Origin: an uncultured Candidatus Binatia bacterium
Lineage (GTDB): Bacteria > Desulfobacterota > Binatia > Bin18
Direction of reading: 5' to 3'
Assembly: GCA_965200965.1 (NCBI GenBank)
Contig: OZ241744.1
Coordinates: 1,280,001 to 1,344,000 of the forward strand
DNA length: 64,000 bases
Shown piece by piece: positions 30,057-38,366 of the stretch (its first letter is position 1; each line of letters opens with the position of its first letter). The notes beneath the pieces were generated by a model. It had not been told where the DNA came from, ran no database searches, and worked only from the letters and a program-made list of their open reading frames with translations. The position numbers and the translations under genes are program-made.

Positions 30057-30860
30057 TCACAAGGTTTTCAGGTAGCGTCTGATCGGCCACACCGCCAGAT
30101 AGCGGCCAATGAACTGGCCGATCCAATACCCCGCAAAGGCGACCGTGCCGCCAAAGACCAGCGAAACATACTGGGTTTCGCCCAAGAAGCTGCGCAGCGC
30201 GCCACGCTCAATCAGGCGCAGGTACTCCGGCGTCTGTGAGCGGATATAGGCGATGCCCTGGACATCGGCGACCGTCACCACATGGTCCATGAAATGGGCC
30301 GGCTGGAGAAAGGGCGACAGGGGCACATAGTTATAGGCCCACACCGCAATCGCCCAGACGTGCGCGCCAATGAGGGAGGTCAGGATAAAGCTCCTGGTTT
30401 TCATCAGGGTCCAGTCCATCAGGATGCCGGCCCCGACAATGGAGATCGGCCACACAAAGTTCATAGGATAGGTTTGGGCCATATCCCACTGAAAATAGCG
30501 CCCTACCCAGGTCGCCAGAAACATGCAGCAGGCGGTGTAGGTTGCCCCGGTGGGGAAACGCCAAGCCACCCACTGGATATATTGCAGGGCAGACGGGATG
30601 ATGATCGTGGCAAAAGCGGTGACTACCGGCCACCACTGGGGATCTTTCCAGTCGGTCCAGAAGTCCCAGTCACCGGCGAACAACTGCTTGGTGATATCCG
30701 CCGCCCCGGCAACGACAAAGATGGCCGTGACCCAGAAGATCAGGTCCCACTTCCAATCGATCCATTTATACTTTTTTTCCAGCAGGGCCTTGAGCTCGAG
30801 CCGTTTTTGGCGTTCGGCCTCGGCTGCCAAGTCTGCTACGGGAGCTGATGCGTCTGCCAT
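30057..30860 (-). CDS. xmoA: Copper membrane monooxygenase subunit A (PmoA/AmoA family)
   Basis: GDWDFWTDWKD..WW, WRFPTGAT, YPMNFVWP, TPEYLRLIERGALRSF. Confidence 0.95.
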   Translation of the reverse strand: MADASAPVADLAAEAERQKRLELKALLEKKYKWIDWKWDLIFWVTAIFVVAGAADITKQLFAGDWDFWTDWKDPQWWPVVTAFATIIIPSALQYIQWVAWRFPTGATYTACCMFLATWVGRYFQWDMAQTYPMNFVWPISIVGAGILMDWTLMKTRSFILTSLIGAHVWAIAVWAYNYVPLSPFLQPAHFMDHVVTVADVQGIAYIRSQTPEYLRLIERGALRSFLGETQYVSLVFGGTVAFAGYWIGQFIGRYLAVWPIRRYLKTL

Positions 30861-30893
30861 GCGTGCCGCCTCTCTGTGCGGGTGATGAAGCGC

Positions 30894-31733
30894 TTAGTCA
30901 GCGGCGACAGGCTGCTCAGCCGGCTGGGCCGGAGCGCCACTCTCGGCGTCTTCCTCGGCCTTCTCAATCTCGAACAGATGGACAATGGTTTCTCCCCACA
31001 CGGCGAACATCCCGCTGGCCAGCCAGCCATAAATCACAAACGGCCAGTGGAACGGCACCGAGAAAATCTCCTCGGAGATCCATAGACTGTGGCCCCATTC
31101 GTTGGCCGCCACCGCCATACATTCCAGGGCCGCGGCCGCAATCAGCAGGGCAAACGACCACGGAAACCCTTTGTCGCGGCCATAGACGCTCGGAATACGG
31201 TAGCGCCCGTACAGATAGGTTCCCACGGCCAGGACAACGGTCAGCGGGAAAAAGAAATAGAACATCGGAATGTGGGTCGGGGTCAGCGCCGTATCACGCA
31301 CCATAGTCTGATGCCACGAAGCGTCCCAGTTCGGCCAGAAGCTGGCCTCCAGATAAATGGACAGGCTGGTCACGCCGACCAAACTCCACAAAATAGCAAC
31401 TCGTCGGACCTGTTCGGACCGGGCCACCGGCTGCCCCTCTATTTCCCGACCGGTGCGGATCAACCAGCCCAACCAGAGGCCGGCAAACGCGCCGATAATG
31501 ATCAACTCCGCCCAGAACAGCGAGCGGTAGTACAGGCTGAACTCCCAACTCGCCGAGTTCAGCCCAGCCGTGAACATATACCAGTAGTTCCAGAACCACA
31601 GAAAAATGTTGGCCGCCATGACCAACCCGCAGCCCCAGAACAGCGGCTTCCAGCCAACCGACCAGTCGGTCGGATTCATTGTCGCCCTATCGCCGGTTCC
31701 AGTCGATACCGATATTGCCTGTGTTTGAGCCAT
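30894..31733 (-). CDS. xmoC: Copper membrane monooxygenase subunit C (PmoC/AmoC family)
   Basis: DASWHQTMVRDTALTPTH, NEWGH..W..EEIF..PFHW. AGGAGG RBS before ATG 31733. Confidence 0.95.
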   Translation of the reverse strand: MAQTQAISVSTGTGDRATMNPTDWSVGWKPLFWGCGLVMAANIFLWFWNYWYMFTAGLNSASWEFSLYYRSLFWAELIIIGAFAGLWLGWLIRTGREIEGQPVARSEQVRRVAILWSLVGVTSLSIYLEASFWPNWDASWHQTMVRDTALTPTHIPMFYFFFPLTVVLAVGTYLYGRYRIPSVYGRDKGFPWSFALLIAAAALECMAVAANEWGHSLWISEEIFSVPFHWPFVIYGWLASGMFAVWGETIVHLFEIEKAEEDAESGAPAQPAEQPVAAD

Positions 31734-31782
31734 AGCCTGTCCTCCTGTCCTTGCTGATATGCTACCTTGAATCTCCCGCGTT

Positions 31783-32355
31783 TCACGCCGGGGCTTCGCC
31801 ATGCTGCCGGGAAACAATCGTGTAGCGGATGGCGGAAAGCGCAACGAAGACCAGCACTCCACCCACAATCAGCCCCGGCACCATCAGGGCCTTATACCAT
31901 GCCGCGACCTGAATGGGAAAGGCCAACAGGTGTGATGCCTGGCCCTCGAGTTCAACCATCACCCGGGCAACATAGTCTGTGCCCTTGGCAAAGACTATCT
32001 CTGTATTCATCACCCCGCGTTCATAAATCCGGGGCGACAGCGACACGACGGCCTGCGACTGGCCGGCTTTATCGGTAGCGATAATTTCGAGCCCAAGGGG
32101 CACGGTCCGTAGCGGCCCCGGGGTCACATCAACAACCATGAGCGCCTTGCCCGCCCGCGGCACTTCTTCACAGTACTCGGCAACCGGGTCAAACTGGGTC
32201 TGATACAGCGTGATATGCAACAGCGACGCCCCAATCTCTCGCCGACAGGCATCGTTTGGCCCACGGTCCCGGTGCGCCTCTGTCGGCATTCCAACCAGCA
32301 GCAGGGCCGCACCAAGTGTCGCCAGCGCTGTTGTGATCCACCCAGCCTCCCTCAT
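31783..32355 (-). CDS. pmoD: PmoD/AmoD family copper protein
   Basis: Signal AEA-like (TEA|H), DAC-x9-HITLYQ, EYCEEVPRAG, LR..P, C-terminal TM. Confidence 0.82.
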   Translation of the reverse strand: MREAGWITTALATLGAALLLVGMPTEAHRDRGPNDACRREIGASLLHITLYQTQFDPVAEYCEEVPRAGKALMVVDVTPGPLRTVPLGLEIIATDKAGQSQAVVSLSPRIYERGVMNTEIVFAKGTDYVARVMVELEGQASHLLAFPIQVAAWYKALMVPGLIVGGVLVFVALSAIRYTIVSRQHGEAPA

Positions 32356-33048
32356 CAGGCTTCATATGGGCCGAAACCAGGCTTGATGTCAAGCGTTTTT
32401 TTAGTCTGGGTTCAGCGCTCCCCGTCAGCCTAGTCATACGGCTGTCCGGTTGTCCAACTGAACTAGGCCGCGGCGGACGATCGTCCGCTCGCTGCTCAAG
32501 ACGGTTGCTCTTGCTAGCACGCTGCAAATAGCACCCCCAGCACGAATCCGAGGACGACGATAGTGGAAAAATAAACGGCGAAGACATCCGCATCGTCCGC
32601 GGCGTGTGGCTCCTGTTGCTCTATTGTGAATGCAAAAAAAGCCACTCAGCTAAATTTACGTCGGCTTCCCATAAGGCTGCCGACATGGTTCCAACCTGTT
32701 GTAACCCACCAATTCGTCCATCTTCGGTCGAGGAATTCGACGGTATGATCGTTGACCTTTTTCATTCCAACCACCTTCAGACCAGTTTCACTCCGGTTTC
32801 ACTGCTCATGCCTTCTTCTCCGCGGGCGGCGGCGTGGCTTGATCTGATACAACTGTGCGCTGGACTGGCTGATTGCGTAGCCAAAGCTCACCGGGACCGC
32901 GTTCCGTAAGTTGCGCCTCTCCTTCAAGGACTTCCAGCGCGACCAAGCGATTCAAGACGAACTCCTCCTCGCTTGCCGCGTCGACCGGTCTTTGTCTATA
33001 CTGCCCATGACTCGCTGGAGACAAGGATTTGCACCTAAGGAGGCGGCT

Positions 33049-34164
33049 ATGCTTTCGGTCTTTTCGGCACCGAGCCACTACATTCAAGGGAAAAACGCCA
33101 CCGCCCAACTGGGCACGGAAATGAAACGGATTGGGCTCGAGGGCCCGGCCCTGATTGTTGCTGGAAAGAGCGCGATTCGGCTGCTGTCCGAGGTCTGGCA
33201 ACAGCATTTGAGCCAAGCCGGGATTCATCACGCTGTGCATCAGTTTGGCGGCGAGTGCTCATATCCCGAGATTGAACGGATCAAGCAAACCGCCCGGGAC
33301 AACACAAGTCGGGTGGTGATTGGGGCGGGCGGAGGAAAAGTCCTGGACGCGGCCCGGGCCGCGGCCGATGACCTCAACCTGCCGGTCGTCAACTGTCCAA
33401 CCATCGCCTCAAGCGACGCGCCGTGCAGCGCACTGTCGGTCATGTACACCGAACAGGGCGTCTTTCAGGAATACCGTTTTTACCGCAAGAACCCCGACCT
33501 AGTGCTGGTTGATACGCAGGTGGTGGCCCAGGCCCCGCCCCGCCTGCTCGTCGCCGGTATGGGCGATGCCCTGGCGACCTGGTTTGAAGCCAGGACCTGT
33601 GTCGAAGGCTATATTCAAAATATGCGTGGCGGCGCGTCAACCCGCAGCGCCGAGAAGCTGGCCGAGCTGTGCTATAATATCCTGGTTGAAGACGGGCCGG
33701 ATGCCCTGCGGGCGGTCGAGAATAACGTGGTCAATCCGGCCTTAGAGCGCTTAGTTGAGGCCAACACCCTGCTGTCCGGTCTGGGCTTTGAATCGTCTGG
33801 ATTAGCGGCCGCCCACGCTGTACATAACGGCCTGACCGAAGCCGCCCAGACCCACCCCTATTATCACGGCGAAAAGGTCGCCTATGGCCTGATGACCCAG
33901 TTGGTGATGGAAGGCAAGCCACGCGCGGTGATCGATCCCGTCCTGCACTTCTGCACCCAGGTCGGTCTGCCGACCACCCTGGCCGAGATCGGTCTTGGGG
34001 CCGATATGCCGCGTGAGCAACTTGAACAGGTCGCCGTCCGCGCCACCGCGGAGGGCGAAACGATCCATAACGAACCGTTTGAGGCCACTCCCGATCTGGT
34101 GGCCGATGCGATTCTGGCCGCGGACGCAATGGGCCGGGCGTGGCAGAGTGCCGCAGCAAGCTGA
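33049..34164 (+). CDS. gldA: Glycerol dehydrogenase
   Basis: GAGGGKVLD, PTIASSDAPCSALSV, AAAHAVHNGLT, HGEKVAYG. Confidence 0.92.
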   Translation: MLSVFSAPSHYIQGKNATAQLGTEMKRIGLEGPALIVAGKSAIRLLSEVWQQHLSQAGIHHAVHQFGGECSYPEIERIKQTARDNTSRVVIGAGGGKVLDAARAAADDLNLPVVNCPTIASSDAPCSALSVMYTEQGVFQEYRFYRKNPDLVLVDTQVVAQAPPRLLVAGMGDALATWFEARTCVEGYIQNMRGGASTRSAEKLAELCYNILVEDGPDALRAVENNVVNPALERLVEANTLLSGLGFESSGLAAAHAVHNGLTEAAQTHPYYHGEKVAYGLMTQLVMEGKPRAVIDPVLHFCTQVGLPTTLAEIGLGADMPREQLEQVAVRATAEGETIHNEPFEATPDLVADAILAADAMGRAWQSAAAS

Positions 34165-34254
34165 TTGGCGGACGCCTCTCTGTGCGCTAACAGGCACTAT
34201 GCAGGACAACACGCTGCCTGGGTCAAGCCGCAGTGAGAGGAGGAAGAAGTCACT

Positions 34255-35178
34255 ATGACAACGGCAAAAACACACATCGGCGCGGAGCGGGACCGAGCGG
34301 TCGGCGCTCTTGTCGGCCTTGCGCTCGGGGATGCCTTGGGTACCACGCTGGAGTTTAAGCGCCGTGACGAGCATCCGCTTGTCACCGACCTCGTCGGCGG
34401 CGGTCCATTCGGCCTCGACCCGGGAGAGTGGACGGACGATACGAGTATGGCTCTCTGCTTAGCGGAATCCATACTTGAATGCGACCGAGTTGAGCCGGCT
34501 GATTTGATGAACCGCTTCGTCGCCTGGTGGCAATCCGGTCATAATTCGGTAACGGGGGAGTGTTTCGACATCGGCATAACAACCAGCTCTGCCTTGCAAC
34601 GTTTCCTGGATACAAACGAATCGCTCTGCGGCAGTACCAACCCCAACAGTGCTGGCAACGGCTCGCTTATGCGCCTCGCTCCCGTCGCGATACGATGGAG
34701 TCGGCAGCCTGCGCAAGCGCGTGAGGCGGCACGGCTTCAGAGTCGGACGACCCACGCTGCCACCCAAGCGGTCGAAGCCTGCGCCTTCTATGCAATGCTG
34801 CTCGTTGAGGCAATCTCGGGCGAATCGAAAGACGCGGTCCTGCGGCCTCGCGGCTGGGAAGGAGACCCTGCTATTGCCGACATCGCTGCCGGCGCATGGC
34901 GAAGCAAGACGCGAAGCGACATTGCCTCAAGCGGGTATGTGATACACACTTTGGAAGCCGCTCTCTGGTCGGTCGGTCAGGCCACATCGTTTGAGCACGC
35001 CCTGATCACTGCGGTCAACCTCGCCGACGACGCCGACACGGTCGGCGCAGTCACCGGACAACTTGCCGGCGCTCTGTGGGGCCTCACAAGTACCTCCGAG
35101 GCGTGGCTGGCCAAGCTCGCCTGGCGGGACCGTATTGAGCGATTCGCGCTTTCCCTCTTCGAGGCTGGGACGCGGTAA
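34255..35178 (+). CDS. ADP-ribosylglycohydrolase (DraG/ARH family)
   Basis: GDALG, WTDDT, CFDIG, GNGSLMR, DADT. Confidence 0.92.
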   Translation: MTTAKTHIGAERDRAVGALVGLALGDALGTTLEFKRRDEHPLVTDLVGGGPFGLDPGEWTDDTSMALCLAESILECDRVEPADLMNRFVAWWQSGHNSVTGECFDIGITTSSALQRFLDTNESLCGSTNPNSAGNGSLMRLAPVAIRWSRQPAQAREAARLQSRTTHAATQAVEACAFYAMLLVEAISGESKDAVLRPRGWEGDPAIADIAAGAWRSKTRSDIASSGYVIHTLEAALWSVGQATSFEHALITAVNLADDADTVGAVTGQLAGALWGLTSTSEAWLAKLAWRDRIERFALSLFEAGTR

Positions 35179-35185
35179 TGTTAAG

Positions 35186-35212
35186 GAGCAAGCGGACCAT
35201 CGACGCTTGCTC
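35186..35212. terminator. Hairpin between convergent genes
   Basis: GAGCAAGCG-N9-CGCTTGCTC. Confidence 0.5.
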
Positions 35213-35296
35213 TTCCGCACCCTCGCTACTGGCGAGCGAACGGCGTCCCGATCCTCTCCTCTGAGGCTGCCTCTGGCTCTGCCCGTCGCCCGCGAC

Positions 35297-37015
35297 TCAG
35301 CCCTCGGGCAGGGCAAACACCAGCAGCGCGCTTCCCTTACTGATAGTGGGGTTTTCACCCACAATGCTGACGACCAGACCGCCCGCCCCGCTGGGGATGG
35401 CCACATACTGGCGGCCACCGACTTTATAGGTGATCGGCTGACCGCGTACCGTTGAGCCGGTCTGGAACTTCCACAACAACTCCCCAGTCGCGTCGTCCAA
35501 GGCCAGCGCATAGCCCTGCTGATTGCCAGTAAACACCAGACCGCCGGCCGTCGCCAGCGCCCCACCGACCATCGGATAGGTGTCTTTATAGCGCCATTTG
35601 ACTTTGCCGCTCGTCGGATCAATGGCCGACAGATGACCATAGGCGGTCCCCAGATCGCCCTGCGTCTCGCCCGGGCCGCCCCCCCAGAACGGGATGCCCT
35701 GGATAAACATTGAGGTCGCTTTTTCCATCTTGCCGCAACTCTCAATCGTCGGCACAAAAATCGCGTGTGCCGTAGGGCTGTAAGCCGCGGCGTAGGAGCC
35801 ATTTTGGCCCCCGACATTGCCAGGACAGATCAACTCAGGGTTGCCGCCCTTCATCGGGACGTATTTGGGGTCAAGCTGCGGCCGGCCGTTTTCATCAAGC
35901 CCCTTGGCCCAGTTCAACTGCTCTACATATGAGGTACCGTGCAGAAATGCCCCACTGTGGCGGTCAAGGATGTACAAAAAGCCGTTCCGGTTCGGCTGGG
36001 CCAGGGCCTTGACGGTTTCTGTCCCGCGTTGGACATCGAGCAGAAACATACCGGTATTCCCGTCATAGTCCCAGATGTCGTGCGGCGTGAACTGGAAATA
36101 CCACTGCAACTCGCCGGTATCCGGGTCCAGGGCAAGCACACAGTTGGTGTACAGATTATCGCCCTCGCGGTTGTCTCCGTTCCAGTCCGGGGACGGGTTG
36201 CCGGTTGCCCAATACAGCAGGTCGGCTTCCGGGTCGTAGGAGCCTGTCACCCAGGTCGGTCCACCACCCTGCTTCCAGGAGTCGCCCTCCCAGGTCTCAT
36301 TCCCGGCCTCGCCCATATTGGGAATCGTGTAGCGACGCCACACCAGATCGCCCGTCCTGGCATCGTAGGCGTCCAGATAACCCCGAATGCCATACTCTCC
36401 ACCGGCGATGCCGATAATGACCTTATCTTTGACGATCAAAGGAGCCGCGGTCACGCTAAAGCCATTGCGATAGTCATCTACCTCGGTATTCCACACCACC
36501 TTGCCGGTCTTGCGATTCAGCGCCAGCACCCGCGCGTCCAGGGTACCCATGTAGAGCAGGTCGCCGGCGATGGCCGGCCCCCGGTTGCCCGGACCGCAGC
36601 AGATCCGCAGGTCCTTGGGCAGCGGATGGTCGTATCTCCACAGCATCTCGCCACTGACCGCGTCAATCGCAAACAGGCTGTTGTAGGCCGCGGTCAGGTA
36701 CAGCACCCCGTCGGCCACCAGCGGAGAGGCTTGCAGCTGGGCCGGAATCCCCGTCTGAAAGACCCAGGCGGCCTGGAGCTGTTTGACAGTGCGGCGGTCA
36801 ATGTCGATTAGCGGGCTGAACCGCCAGCTTTCATAATTGCCGCCGTACATCAGCCAGTCACTCGTGTTCGTCGTCCCCTGGAGCAGCCGCTCGGTAGTTA
36901 CAGACGGCAGACCCTCACCCGCTCCGGCGTGCTGATCGGCCCGCGCACTGACACTCAGCAGCAGCACGACCGCCAGACTGGCTCGACAACTCCACCGCGT
37001 CACAAGGTCCTGCAT
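35297..37015 (-). CDS. PQQ-dependent alcohol dehydrogenase (methanol/ethanol family), likely lanthanide-binding
   Basis: Signal peptide, vicinal CCG..NRG, GGEYG, TGNPSP, HDIWDYDG (DxD). Confidence 0.9.
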   Translation of the reverse strand: MQDLVTRWSCRASLAVVLLLSVSARADQHAGAGEGLPSVTTERLLQGTTNTSDWLMYGGNYESWRFSPLIDIDRRTVKQLQAAWVFQTGIPAQLQASPLVADGVLYLTAAYNSLFAIDAVSGEMLWRYDHPLPKDLRICCGPGNRGPAIAGDLLYMGTLDARVLALNRKTGKVVWNTEVDDYRNGFSVTAAPLIVKDKVIIGIAGGEYGIRGYLDAYDARTGDLVWRRYTIPNMGEAGNETWEGDSWKQGGGPTWVTGSYDPEADLLYWATGNPSPDWNGDNREGDNLYTNCVLALDPDTGELQWYFQFTPHDIWDYDGNTGMFLLDVQRGTETVKALAQPNRNGFLYILDRHSGAFLHGTSYVEQLNWAKGLDENGRPQLDPKYVPMKGGNPELICPGNVGGQNGSYAAAYSPTAHAIFVPTIESCGKMEKATSMFIQGIPFWGGGPGETQGDLGTAYGHLSAIDPTSGKVKWRYKDTYPMVGGALATAGGLVFTGNQQGYALALDDATGELLWKFQTGSTVRGQPITYKVGGRQYVAIPSGAGGLVVSIVGENPTISKGSALLVFALPEG

Positions 37016-37130
37016 AGTCTCCCTCCCTCGGTAGGTGTTCTTCGCACCCGTATTGATACCTGCTTGACACGTTTGGTCAACCAAGGTGAACTGGGGATAT
37101 TATCTTGTCTGAACAGAGGGGGATCAGCGC

Positions 37131-37799
37131 ATGAGCAGCTCAACTGAACTCAACCAAGAACTCAAGCAGGCCATTGAGGCGTTTCAGCAGGAAATGCTGC
37201 CCAAAATCCCAGCCGACATTCGGAGGACGCTCCAGCGTACCACCGAGGACCTGGTCAAAACCGGAATTGCCGACCGCGCCCTGACGGTGGGTGACACGGC
37301 TCCTGATTTCAGTCTGCCAAATGTGCGCGGCGAACAGGTCAGCCTGTCGGGCCTGCTGGACACAGGTCCGGTCGTCCTGGCCTTTTACCGGGGTAACTGG
37401 TGACCCTACTGCAACCTGCAGTTGCAGGCTTACAAAAAACATCTCGCCGCAATACAAGCCTACGGTGCCTCAGTCCTCGCCGTCTCTCCCCAGACGCCGG
37501 ACAACTCTTTGACAATGGCCGAGAAGAACGCCCTGCCGTTTGAGGTCTTAAGCGATGTGGGCAATCGGGTGGCCCGCAGTTTCGGGCTGGTGTTTGCCCT
37601 GGTTGACGAGTTGCGTCCGCTGTACGATCAGATCGGGGCGAAGCTGTCGGATTTCAACGGCGATACCTCATACGAACTGCCCATTCCCGCCACCTATATC
37701 ATTGGCCGGAACGGCGTCATTCAACTGGCGTACGTTGATGCCGATTATACCCATCGGCTTGAGCCGGCAGACATTATTGACCGCCTGGCCGCCACCTAG
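37131..37799 (+). CDS. AhpC/TSA peroxiredoxin-like selenoprotein (UxxC), 222 aa
   Basis: ORFs 37131-37403 and 37422-37799 are in one frame: FYRGNW(U)PYCNLQL, followed by a hairpin. Confidence 0.9.
37409..37428 (+). promoter_or_regulatory. Putative SECIS hairpin
   Basis: CTGCAAC-CTGCA-GTTGCAG, or alternatively CCTGC-AGTT-GCAGG, immediately 3' of UGA 37401. Confidence 0.65.
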
Positions 37800-37816
37800 G
37801 TGCAGTGAGGCAGACC

Positions 37817-38290
37817 TCAGGAGCCGGTCGTGACCTCGACCAGAATCTGATCGGGGTCACGCACATACACAGAGCCGGCCTCTTCAGAGCCGTGCAGCGA
37901 ATGCGGAACCTGTCCGGCTTTCAGTCCGGACACAATTCTCCGGTAGTGTTCGGGACTGGCTTTGAGCGCTACATGATGCATACTGCCCACCCCCCGGACG
38001 GTCCGGGCCGGCCCCTTTTTCGGAAAGTCGAAAAAGGCCAACTGATTACCGCCCCCCATATCCAGGAAGATATGGGTTGAGTTGGGTTCATCCCGGTTGG
38101 TCATGATCCTGGTCAGCCGCATGCCCAACACCCTGGTATAAAACTCAATCGTGGCCTCCAGGTCTGAACAGATCAGGGCCAAGTGATCGACCCCCGCGGT
38201 CGGGACGGTCCCGGCCGGGGCTTCCCCGTGCGGCAAATAGCGCGCTCTCAACTCCCGCCGCCGCGCCTGATAGGCATCGTGTTCTGCCAT
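37817..38290 (-). CDS. VOC/glyoxalase family protein
   Basis: GVDHLAL, FYTRVLGM, HHVAL, YVRDPD..LVE. Confidence 0.9.
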   Translation of the reverse strand: MAEHDAYQARRRELRARYLPHGEAPAGTVPTAGVDHLALICSDLEATIEFYTRVLGMRLTRIMTNRDEPNSTHIFLDMGGGNQLAFFDFPKKGPARTVRGVGSMHHVALKASPEHYRRIVSGLKAGQVPHSLHGSEEAGSVYVRDPDQILVEVTTGS

Positions 38291-38366
38291 AGCTAGCCCT
38301 CCTGGCTCTTGTGTGTACGCGGTTCGGACGCTGAGGGCAAGAAAATGTGTCCCGCATCGAACATCT

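Noticed and set aside
28513-31733. Calling the enzyme methane or ammonia monooxygenase
   Set aside because: Too divergent to assign a substrate, and no hao or mxa genes in the window. The neutral xmo naming is used.
32520-32646. Sigma54 promoter for the CuMMO operon
   Set aside because: TGGC-T7-GCA has GG-N8-GC spacing rather than N10. The other candidate has correct spacing but a poor -24 element.
34185-34250. attC-like site upstream of the ARH gene (GCTAACAGG...)
   Set aside because: No complementary right arm or GTTRRRY at a suitable distance.
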